Notes: generated by a model from the sequence alone, not told the origin. 64,000 nt of DNA from Callorhinchus milii (GCF_018977255.1 NW_024704742.1:12402001-12466000); one strand, 5' to 3'; positions 41,025-51,789 are shown, counted from the first letter of the stretch. Made by a program: numbers and translations.

Positions 41025-41519
41025 TAAGAAGTCTAACATTTTCTCCTGTAGTCAGAAGCTTGTGATTCAAGCTTACAATGGGTCTTGAAATTATAGTCTA
41101 GGATTAAAGACTCAAAATAACAATGGGAAAATTCCTAAATTGACAGAGGTTATACCAAGGTCTCCTCTATCTGTTCTTCAGTTGGATGTTAAGATGCCTT
41201 GAAACAATTTGAAAAGAGAATTGAGTTTCTCCCAGGTTAATTGATAATTCCCCCAAGTTATTCGATCAATCAACTCATGACTATTTGTGGGATATTGCAG
41301 TGCGCAAAATAGCTCCTGCATTTGCCCATATAAAAAAAGACTCCATAAATGTGACAATAATTCCCATGAAGGCTTTGAGATGTTTCAATGTTATAGAGCT
41401 ATAACAATTCAAATTCCGTTCGTATTGTAGTTGAGAAATGCAATTGGCACAATTCTGTTTCAATGAAGCAGGCACTTCTGCTGCACTTAGTAAATATTAA
41501 TAAAAACTTTATATTTCAG

Positions 41520-41623
41520 GATGAACCTACCACAGGAATGGATCCCAAGGCTCGAAGGTTCCTATGGAATTGCATCCTCAGTATTGTCAAAGAGGGAAGA
41601 TCAATTGTTTTAACATCACACAG
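41520..41623 (+). CDS. ABCA1-like: ABCA exon, 104 nt, Walker B/D-loop and H-loop
   Basis: atttcag| ... |[40 protein letters not shown](S). Confidence 0.97.
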
Positions 41624-41743
41624 GTATTTTTGTATGTCTTCCATTCACAGCAGCACATGTAAGCAATAAGCAAGACGTTTTTCTTTGTGCACACTCAGTC
41701 TAGAAATGGATGTCATTTTCTCCACTTTGTATTTATTGGGCAG

Positions 41744-41836
41744 CATGGAAGAATGTGAGGCCTTATGCAACCGAATGGCTATTATGGTGAATGGACAATT
41801 TAAGTGCCTTGGGAGTATTCAGCACTTGAAAAGCAG
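41744..41836 (+). CDS. ABCA1-like: ABCA exon, 93 nt (follows a 120-bp intron; not in ORF track)
   Basis: gggcag| ... |[36 protein letters not shown](R). Confidence 0.97.
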
Positions 41837-42606
41837 GTAGGTTTTCTTTCCTATCCTACAAAGAATTTTTAAAAATCTGCGTTTATTATGCAGTGATATT
41901 TGGTGGTAAACTAGTTTCTTTTAAAGACAAATTCTTTGAACAAACCGATGTGGTAGCAGGGAGTGAAGAAAGGAAATGGAGGCAAGCATTTCACTGCTTT
42001 AGGAAAATATTTATTACCAACAGTGCCTGCTTGTTTGTCCACAAATCCATCTTAGTTCCCAAACTAATCGGCAGATGTCGTTATGAGGGACGGACAGACT
42101 CACGTTTAAATAATGAGCCGACTGGGCGATGGAATGCTGTGCTCAGCCACTTATTGGATTTTCTGACTTCGCGTGTGTGTCAAATATTAGAAAATTCTAG
42201 AATCACTCAAAGGGGTCAAATAAGTGTTCCCTCTCAGGAAAGCACAGGTGGGTGTAACAGTCGAGGGTTTGAACCTGAGCTGGGGGTTGGAGTCAAGAGG
42301 GGTGGAGGGTAAGGGTGATGAGGGTGAGAGGATGATCGAAGGCACGGTTAAAGAGAAAAGTTTTGAGACAGGCCTTGAAGGAGGAAAGTTAATGGGTGAG
42401 TTGGAAGGACTCTGGGATAGAGTTCCAGAGGGTGGGGGTAGGAAGGCTGAAAACCCGACCGCCAATGGTGGGATGGACAGGGCAGGGGACATGGAGCTGT
42501 CCAGTGCCCACTGGACTTGGTTCGTTTTTAATAGGTCTGAAGGTAGGGAGGAGCAAGACCATAGAGTGCTTCAAAAATGAGGACAAGAATCTTGATCCTG
42601 AGGGAT

Positions 42607-43013
42607 TGTTAAATCCAGATTTCGATGTGCAATTGCTCTTTAAAGACCTGAAAAACTCAACACGGAGTCAGTGTGGTATACATCCAAAAAACGCTTTATT
42701 TCATATATATATGAGGTGCAGAGCAGTAGCAACAACTCTCTCAAGATAATGCTCCCCACACTGCACACCAGATAAAAACAACATCTGACTTTTATACATG
42801 TTCCATTTTCCCATAATTGGATGTCTGTTTCTTTCATAAAAAGAGATATGGGTCCCGGGTTCCTTAGCACAATAACATATACATTGATAGTTGCAAACCA
42901 AAACAAAGCTGAGCTTACACCAAATGCAAAAACATGTTTTGTCTCATTGCCTTTGCTTATTCTGTAACTTTTGCGATTGCCCAAAGATGAACAACATCCC
43001 CACACTTTCCACA
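42607..43013 (-). repeat. ERV 3' LTR (407 bp)
   Basis: Differs from 5' LTR by 9 substitutions and one 1-nt indel (manual count); TATAAAA at 42790-42796, AATAAA at 42695-42700 on - strand. Confidence 0.97.
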
Positions 43014-43025
43014 CTCCTCCCTTTT
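43014..43025 (-). promoter_or_regulatory. Polypurine tract
   Basis: - strand AAAAGGGAGGAG immediately before the TG of the 3' LTR. Confidence 0.9.
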
Positions 43026-43076
43026 ATCCCTGGGATAACTCACCATCCCTCAGTAACAGGGCACCAGGTAGGCTCC

Positions 43077-45103
43077 CTAGGATGAACTATCGATTTCCAA
43101 GAAGGAATCCGGGAAAGTAGCATGAAAACTTTCCATCTCATAACTTAGCTCATCACATGAGGGGGTGGGAGTGAGGTGGTAGTTAACTCGGACTGAATGC
43201 CTAGCCATCATTGATTTTGCAGTCTTTCGACAACACTGGGTGCAACATATGAGAACACATTTTACAAAAACAAAGATTAACAAAATAACTAAACTTATTT
43301 CTAACAAAATTCTGACTATACTTCCTAACCAACCCACTCCCATATTCTGCAACCAATTACTCAGCCAATCCAATAGTCCTCCGCCCGAATGAATAATGAT
43401 ATTACCCGCATCCTGCCCCGTTTGGTTAATCTCTTTGGTGATATTTGAAATTTTCCCAGAAAAATCATCTATACAACATTCAGGGCCAATAACCTTACAC
43501 ACTCCTCCCGTCGCAGCCAAGACATAGTCAAGGGCCATGCGGTTCTGTAGTGTGTAAAGGCGAATCTCGGACATTTCCTTTCCAATAAGGGCCAACGCTG
43601 CGGATGTTTCGGCGGCCAAGGAAGAGACAGCCTGAGACAGGATAGAAATCTGATCAAGGGTACACATCACCCCATAAAAGGGAAGAAGGGCCCCAAGAAA
43701 GCGATTCCACTGGGTCTGGGCATGTGTTTGAAAGGGATCAGCCCTGCGAGAGCGATGGATATGGCGGGGAACATACGGATTGGAAACGTTCAACACCTGT
43801 GGGCCTGGGGCAGATGGCAGGGTTTCAGTCAAACGGATCATGGGAAAATAATGAGCAAGGGCACATCTTCCTTTAAAGTTTGCCGGAAGGTAAGCATAAA
43901 CAGTAGAATTGCAAATCCAATAAAAATTCTTATGAATCGGGGATAGGGAGCAACGCTGAGTAATTGAGTAAGTCAGCATCCGGTGAACCCGTAAAGGTAG
44001 AACGAACCGACAATCCCCGAAACTGGATAATGGAACATCCACCGCCGCGTAAGGGTAGGTGGTATAACAGAAATCAGAATCCAAAAACCCAAGTGATTCA
44101 GTCCCAGTAAGAGATTCAACGCAGAATGCGAATCCTGTATAGACTGTAGTGGCCACATCAATTTTAGGGGGCTTTCCGCAGTCACGATTACACATTCGCA
44201 GTCTCCAGGGCTGGTGACCACACTGCAATTCTCGCAAATGAGGATTTAAAGGAGGGCAAATAATAGTTTGCATTATTTGTAGGTAGAAAAGTGAACAAAT
44301 TTCACATTCCGACAACGGGAACGCCATCATGGGATACCCCATGTGGACCGACGGAGGGGATAACCCACACACATGATGCTGGGTTGCAGTTTTGTGCTGG
44401 CTGACAGTCAGGAGCATCTGAATGTAAACATTGTGCAACTGAAAAGGAGGGGAAGTAATTTTAGGCAGAGAATTGCCAAAAATTCCTCTGAGTAGGGGAA
44501 CAAGTGGATCTTCAGAAGAGCTAAGAGCTGGGCACCAACTCGGTGGTAGCTCGGTATAAATCCTAGTTGTCGTCTCATTGAAATCTAGACTCATATACAC
44601 AAATTGGGAAGCTTTGGGGAATCGCGAAAGCATATTCCAAAATGAACAAGAATTATTAAACTTACATGCATATAAACCAGTACAATAACACATTATCATG
44701 AGATTATTGGTAAGGGTGCAGCGAATAGAACTCCGGGAACAATTAAGAGTGCGTATAGAGGCGGAAGATATATTCCTCCAGAGGGGCCTCATACTGAATC
44801 CGAAAGATCTCATCCCGCATTGTATCAGTTACAGAGGGGTACTCGACAGCTTGTTGTAATATCAACATTTTCACTGGTCAGAAAAGGATGCAATACAAAA
44901 TGGGAGGAGAAAGTTCGCTCCTCTAGAGGTAAATTAGTGTAACATATGGCAGAAGAACAGCGCACAGGCTCACTCGCATTGTACATTATGACATGGTCTC
45001 GGTGAAAAGACAGCAAGAGCTGGTGATCACCTACTTTCGAAGCAAAACAACAAACATCGCTTAAAATTGAAAACAATAACAAACACAGAATAAGCCACTT
45101 CAT
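43077..45103 (-). pseudogene. env: ERV env, gamma-type class I fusion protein; open except for one insertion near the 5' end
   Basis: Signal peptide MKWLILCLLLFSILS from ATG 45103; furin site RSRR; fusion peptide; immunosuppressive motif LQNRMALDYVLA; CX6CC (CKVIGPECC); TM helix; stop 43077; frame broken at the pol-derived insert 44773-44878. Confidence 0.93.
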
Positions 45104-45116
45104 AGTCACACAAAGT

Positions 45117-45146
45117 CTGTTCAGAGAAGGGCGGGAAGTGTCAATT
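45117..45146 (-). promoter_or_regulatory. Putative ERV splice acceptor for env mRNA
   Basis: - strand aattgacacttcccgcccttctctgaaCAG| between the pol stop (45147) and the env ATG (45103). Confidence 0.65.
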
Positions 45147-48100
45147 TCACGGTTCTTCACTTTGGCCGGAGTCCACTGTGGCTTGTTTGCAGTGACTGGC
45201 ATGTATTCACGTAGATCTTTCGCGAACCTTTACAGCGGTATGAGTCACCAATAGTACTTGAAATGGTCCCTCCCAACGTGGGCTTAGTCCGTGTTTACGC
45301 TTGAAAGTCTTTACGTATACAAATTCACCCGGTTGAAACTTGTGGCATTGATTAGATGCCTGAGGTTGTTGGAGCGCTCGAATCTGTGAATGAAAACTAG
45401 ACAGGGTTTTAGTCAATGCTATACAATATTGCATCATTCCTTCCTCGAGGGCATGAACATCAGGCAATGGCTGTACGCATGCAGAAAAGATCATAGGCAT
45501 ACTTTTTCCAAAAATGACCTCGTGAGGAGTCAACTTATTTTTAGTATTTGAATGATTCCTTATTTGCATTAGAGCTAGTGGCAACACGGCAACCCAATTT
45601 AATTTTGTTTGGTCGGACAACTTTGATAATTTCAATTTTAATGTTTCATTTGCCCTTTCTACGTCCCCCGCAGATTGGGGATGATACGCGCAATGTAAAT
45701 GCTGCTTGATTTGCAACATTTATGCGTATATCTTTTATTACCGCAGCAATAAAGTGAGGACCATTGTCAGAGGAAAGGCGTGATGGAATACCAAATCGAG
45801 GAAGGATGTCTCTTAATAACACTTTGGCAGTAGTTGTGGCATCATTCTTCCTACAGGGAAAAGCTTCTATCCATGGGAACATTTTTCGTGGCAGAACCAC
45901 CTTTAACTCATTTGAGACCCAAATTCCCAGATTATTAATAAAACAATCTAGACGGGCCCATTTTTGTTTTTCCTCCAGAGGGGCCTCATACTGAATCCGA
46001 AAGATCTCATCCCGCATTGTATCAGTTACAGAGGGGTACTCGACAGCTTGTTGTAATATTAACATTTTCACTGGTTTATTTAAAGCAGCATGTCTAGCAG
46101 CTGTGTCTGCATAAGCGTTACCTTTAGAAATTGGGTCAGCTTGGTTTGTGTGGGCTGCACACTTTATCACTGCCATTGCCCTTGGTAGCAATAATGCGGC
46201 AAGGAGATTAACTATAAGATCTCGATGTTTAATGGGAGACCCACTGGAGGTGAGAAACCCTTTATTTTTCCAAAGTTGACCAAAATCATGACACACCCCA
46301 AATGCGTAGCGAGAGTCAGTAAACACATTAATCACTTTTCCTTCTGCTAACTCACATGCTCATTTTAAGGCGGTTAGTTCTGCAGCCTGCGCAGATGTGT
46401 TGGAGGGTAATGAGTCGCTTTCTATGACAGCAGCAGCTGACACTATAGCATATCCTGCACAGGGCTGACCACACTCGTTCCTGCATGCTGATCCATCCAC
46501 AAACCACTCACACTCTGCATTATGTAAGGGACTCTCCTTCAAATCTAGTCGTGGTTTTGTCTCTAGGTTTATAACCTCTAGGCAATCATGGGGTTCTCCC
46601 TCGTCTTCTACGGGTACAAGAGTTGCCGGGTTCAAAACAGTGCAACGCTTGATAGTCAAATTTGGATTGGATAACAGACCCACCTCGTATTTGCTACTTC
46701 TGGCACTCGTTAAATGTTGCGTTGCATGACGGAGCAGGCATGATTCAACCGAGTGTGGAACATGCACAACAAGGGGATGATTAAGCGTTAATCCCTCATC
46801 TTGCATAACCGCATAGTAAGTAGCAGCTACCGCCTTTAGGCACCCCGGCAGAGCACTAGCAACCGGATCCAACTTTGTGGTAAAATATGAAACTGGTCGC
46901 TGCCTACCCCCGTGCTCTTGAGTGAAAACCGCTTGCGCGAATCCTCCAACCTCATGCACAAACAATTTAAATACCTTCTCATAATTAGGAATGCCTAAAG
47001 CGGGGGCACTTTGCAAAGCTGTTTTGAGCTGGTCAAAGGCTTGTTCTGCCTCCGTTGTCCACACCAGAGGCTCCACTGTGATAGTGGGCTTAGTCATCTC
47101 CGTCAATGGCTTGGATAACTGGGCGTAATCACTAATCCACTGTCTACAGTAGTTGGCCATTCCCAAAAAGTGTTTCATTTGTCTGATCGTGATTGGTTTA
47201 GGAATTTTCCTAATACCCTCTATCCTATCGGGGGATAGCTGACGGGTGTCCTGACACAAGTCATGTCCCAGATAATGGACCTGTGGTCTTACAAGTTGCA
47301 ATTTATCCCTAGCCACTTTGTGTCCCTTCACAACCAATTGTTGTAATAAGTATTTAGTGTCTTTTTCGCAATCTTCCACAGAGGGACTGGCAATCAGTAG
47401 ATCGTCCACATACTGGATCAGGGTAGACTTCCCTGGAAATTGCAAATCTTGCAAGTCATTCCGCAAAGTTTGGGAAAAGATAGTGGGGCTCTCACAGTAC
47501 CCCTGGGGTAATCTAGTCCAAGTTTATTGTTCACCCTTATATGTAAAGGCAAACAAGTAATAGGACTCTGGGTGGATGGGAACTGAAAAGAACGCAGAGC
47601 ACAATAGAATAACAAACTGAATCAGCAGGAATAGCTGTTATTATAGTCGCAGGATTAGGCACTACAGGGCAGCACTGGATTACTATATTATTAATAGCTC
47701 TCAAATCTTGCACAAAACGCCATCGCTTCCCATCCGATTTGAGTACTGGCAGGATGGGTGTTACAAGGACTACGGTATTTTATGATGATTCCCTGATCTA
47801 ACAGGCTTTCTACAACTGATCGTATTCCCTCCTCAGCCTCCTTTTTCAGGGGATACTGTGCTTGATAGGGAAGGGGTTTTTCTGGGTGAACCTGAACCTT
47901 AAAGGGGGGCGCAGTTAGTATTTTCCCCACATCATTTGGGTGTAACGTCCATAGAGCAGAATCTATGTCTTTTAACCACTTAGGCTCTGCTGCCAAAACA
48001 TGCAGGGTGTGGTGAGACAGAGTGTGGCGAGAAAACTCAAATACCGAGAACAGCGAGAGCAAACCGACGCACAGCTTATAAACCCGTAGGCACGGGTCGT

Positions 48101-48962
48101 ACAACACGTCGGGGCGAAGCTCAGTAAAATTTGTAGACCAATTTGCCCTTCTAACCATAGTTCCTAAGTCTTTTGGGCTGTATCCCTCAACCACCCGCAA
48201 TGTCACATGAGGGTCAGAGTTCTCACTTTTAAAGTAAGGCTGCTCGTCTGTTTCCAGAGTGCATGCAGCCGCAATACCCTCTGGCCCTAAGTAGAGGGAG
48301 TGAACCTGTAAAGTGGAAGAAATTCCCACATGGTCCTCGAACCGAGTTATATCTACTTCTCCACTTTTTACGTAAAAAGCTGTACAATGTAAAGGGGAAG
48401 TACATGCAGACAACGTATGCTCCAAGTAATAGCATTCAAGGAGCAAGTTCGTTTTATAAAGCAGCATGACATGAATTAATACTTCAGGATTTAACAATGT
48501 CCAACGGAAATAGCCTGGGGATTGTAACTTTGGGGAACTGGGAGAAACAAGGGAGCACAGTCTCGGGTATTCATGCTCAGGCGTCAGCAAGGTGATTCCA
48601 TCTGGGGCGCACTTAATGATTATTCCCATTTTACACAGCAAATCCCGTCCACACAAATTGATCGGCAATTCACTGTTTACTAGGAACTGGTGGTAACCCT
48701 CAATCGTACTTTCCCCTATGTCTCCCCTCACCTGAACTGGATGGGTCGTAGCCATCTCTACAGGCTTTCCTGATACGCCAACAACCGCTACAGTCCCGCC
48801 TTGCTGGACAGAGTTAGAATGAGTCAAAGCTGAATAAGTGGCCCCAGTATCGACAAGCAATGTCTTTACCTCCCCATCTACAGTTAAGCGAATACAGGGA
48901 TCCGGGATATCTGAGTGTTTTGAAAAACCACGGGATTGGGGAGTCAGTGGGGCCGCTAAACT
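45147..48962 (-). pseudogene. pol: ERV pro-pol (protease, candidate 2H domain, RT, RNase H, integrase; disrupted)
   Basis: LVDTGA and NLCGRDLL; WRFVQDLRAIN; LPQG; YVDD; WFVDGS; TDSRYA; SSDNG; HPQSAGDVER; WEGPF. Lesions: frameshifts near 47760, 47605 and 45720; stops at 47524, 46360 and 45207; integrase N-terminal deletion near 45872. Confidence 0.95.
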
Positions 48963-51265
48963 TCATTGTGGTGAAAGCTCTTCCGATATCGCAAGCATCT
49001 GGCGCGCTGGGGCTTGGTACTGGGACTGTGACTGTTGGAAACCCTGAGGTGCATAGACAATTTTACCTTGGGGGCAGAACTGGACCTGGGATCCCTGGCA
49101 CCTATTAGGGCAATCTCGGGACCAATGTCCATATGCTCCACAGGCAAAGCAATTCTAGTTAGGACATCCAGGCTGGGACGGAGGAGGAGGAGGGCAATTC
49201 AGCCCATAGTTTGGTTGACTATATCCGTGATTGTACCCTGAATTATAACCTCCTTCCCATCTACCGTAACCTCCTCTACCCCGACCTCGTCCTCGCGTTC
49301 TTCGCCTCTGAAAACCTCTTATCTGTGTATTCATACCTCTGGCGGCTTGACTTAAGGCAGGGGTGGTAGGCACAGGTGCAGTAGTAGCGACGGGTAATTG
49401 TGCGTCTGTAGCCAACATAGTCCTGGAGTCCGGTAGCTCAGTGGTTAGAGCACTCGCTTTGCAAGTGAGAGACCTGAGTTAAATTCCAGGCAGGGCGAAA
49501 CCTTGGGCAAGCTTCCTTACTCCACACGCCTAATAATAATCCCTCCAAAACCAAAAACAATAATAAATTGGTCATTTTCAATCCACGACTGTTTGTGGGA
49601 CATTGCTGTGTGCAATTAGCTGCCGCGTTCGCCCACAAATATACAGTCAATTCACTTTACAGTGTGTTCTGTGAAGCGCTTTGGGACGTCCTCCCGATGT
49701 GAAAAGCGCTATATCAAATGCAAGGATTATTATTATTATTATTATAGGGCTCAGCCCCTGTGTTGCCGATGTCAACCCACCAGCAATGGTAGAGACTGCC
49801 ATCTCAAAAGCCGCTTTAGTCCCTTTTTCCCTTTTCGTCTCAAGCTGCTTGTAACAATGCTTTAATGTTGGCATTAAATCTATCATGACCTTGCCTTCCC
49901 ACCCGATACATAAGGACTTGAACATGTCTTGCAATTCTTTCTCAAGACCTGCCACAAGCGCTGCCACAAAGGGCGACTGGTTGGCAGTCACATTCTCAAT
50001 TCCCGAATAGCGCGAGAAAACTTTCCTAAACCTCTCAACATAATCCTCGAGAGACTCTCCTTTCTTCTGAGTACAGTCGCTAATTTTAGTCCAATCAGAG
50101 GTTTGGGGGTACAAATTGCGCAAGACTTGTATAATAGCTGTGAACATTTGTGGATGGTCTGGCCCTGAATTGTCTCCGACAAGGTTATTACACCGACGCC
50201 TAATTTCTTGTAGCATGTGGTGTCCCTTGGAAGGGGGCAACCATGCTTCCAAAAACACGATCCAATCAGACATAGTAGGATTATGACACAAACGCATAAT
50301 AGTCAATGCCCTTTCAGCCTTTGCAAAATCTACATCTGGGAGGGGGTTTGCAAAATCAAATCTTTTAGTTCAGTGGCTGTCCATGGGCGGTAAATTTCCA
50401 TCGTGCCCCCCATAGGGGCTGGAAATTCGCGCATAGGGAACATTAATGGTCCATTGTTGCTCACGGATCCTGCAGGTAAGGAGCCGTCAGTAGGCGAGGA
50501 ATATGGTGGTGGAGCAGAGGGATAGGGGTCAGGAATGGGACAGGATGTGTAGGGAGTGCTTGTCAGTGGACCCAGGTTAATGGGAGCAAACGTCTCCGAT
50601 TGTCCCATGGAGGACAGAGGTGAATTGAATGAGCCCGGTGAGGGGGTAGCCGATATGGTTGACAGTCCTCCTACACTCTCTCTATTTGTCGACACCAAAG
50701 AAGCTGGGAACACAGCCGAACTACTTGGAGGTGTCTGTATATTTGTGGTGGAACCCGTCAAAGTAGAGGCAGAGGCTATATTGGGATATTGGCATACACC
50801 GGTTGCTGCAAGAGCTGCTGGTATTGTCAACTCCTCATCCTCATTATAACCCGTCGAAGGGACAGTTTCCTCAGCTTCCTCCATTTCCTTTTCTGCCTTA
50901 TTTCTTAGCTGCTGAGCTACCATTACCTTTGCTGCTGAGTTTTGTCGACTTGCCAAAACGCCTGTCGTTTTTCACTTTTCAGTAATCCACGAATTAAGTG
51001 CTTCTATTTGCAGGGTCATATTATGCTTTCTGCAGACACAATTACCGCACCCACCTTGTTCAGATTTGGCATGGACCGTTGCATGAAGAGCGGCAATACG
51101 GTCTTTATTAAAGGATCTGTCTGGAGGCCAAGAAAAAGGTTGGCCCTTAGTTAATTTAGTCCAGGTCCGCAAATAACGAACACTGTGCTGACCAAAATGA
51201 CTTTTCATATAGGCAGCTGGGGTGCCCTTATCTCCCTTCTGAGCCGAGCTAAACGTTTGTCCCAT
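48963..51265 (-). pseudogene. gag: ERV gag (disrupted)
   Basis: ATG 51265 MGQTFS (myristoylation-like); PSAPPPY 50501-50521; MHR-like QKKGESLEDYVERF; RG-rich stretch; one CX2CX4HX4C knuckle (CFACGAYGHWSRDC, 49110-49151); ends TGA 48963-48965. Lesions: in-frame TGA 50972, frameshift near 50340, SINE 49425-49745, in-frame TAG 49155. Confidence 0.92.
49425..49745 (+). mobile_element. Young SINE, short form, inserted in ERV gag
   Basis: Complete copy with pure (ATT)n tail; removing these 321 bp rejoins gag in frame (GLSP|RTMLAT). Confidence 0.95.
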
Positions 51266-51417
51266 GACGATTGTTAATAACGAAGTAAATGGCCTCCCCA
51301 GCACAATTAAATACACACAAAGTATCTAAATGACTTAAACTTCAACGGCCGACTTCTTATACATACAAGATCTTAACTTATCAAGACATCTAATTTATCA
51401 ATTACCACTTATAATAT

Positions 51418-51535
51418 TAGGGACTCAAACCCGTAGTCGACTTAATATTAGGGATCCGAACCCGTAGTCTACTTAACCTTAGGGACTCGAACCCGTAGTC
51501 TACTTAACCTTAATCCTAGGGACTCGAACCCTTAG
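51418..51535 (-). repeat. Four tandem ~31-bp repeats in the ERV leader, each with a GGGTTCGAGTCCC-like core
   Basis: Cores at 51420-51432, 51451-51463, 51482-51494 and 51519-51531. Confidence 0.9.
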
Positions 51536-51789
51536 TTTAACAACCTTAATATTAAACAACTTTAATATTAAACAACCGATCGGAGTTATAACTTTATCTG
51601 TGTCGGGCGGAAACACCAGCGGCCGACTTTCCTGAAGACGTCTTATCCATGTACTATACCTTATAGTACTAAACCGCCTGGAATCATTTAGGTCTAACAA
51701 ATCGCAATTTTGCACCTTAAATCGAAGAGGTCGGGAACCCTCGACAACCACGTCTCAACAACGTATCGTACACAAACAATGGTAAGAAT

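Noticed and set aside
42640..43014. 124-aa sense ORF spanning the LTR (nef/sag-like accessory gene?)
   Set aside because: Starts at GTG with an in-frame TAA four codons upstream, runs through the TATA and poly(A) signals, and has no recognisable motif; presence in both LTRs is not independent evidence
43077..44813. ORF-track 578-aa ORF as a complete env
   Set aside because: Its ATG lies inside the pol-derived insert; the real signal peptide starts at 45103 in another frame
49155..49157. TAG as the natural gag/pol readthrough codon
   Set aside because: It lies just upstream of the CCHC knuckle, so it is most likely a premature stop; gag continues to the TGA at 48963
51418..51535. CRISPR array
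   Set aside because: Contiguous tandem repeats without unique spacers, in a vertebrate provirus, with no cas genes
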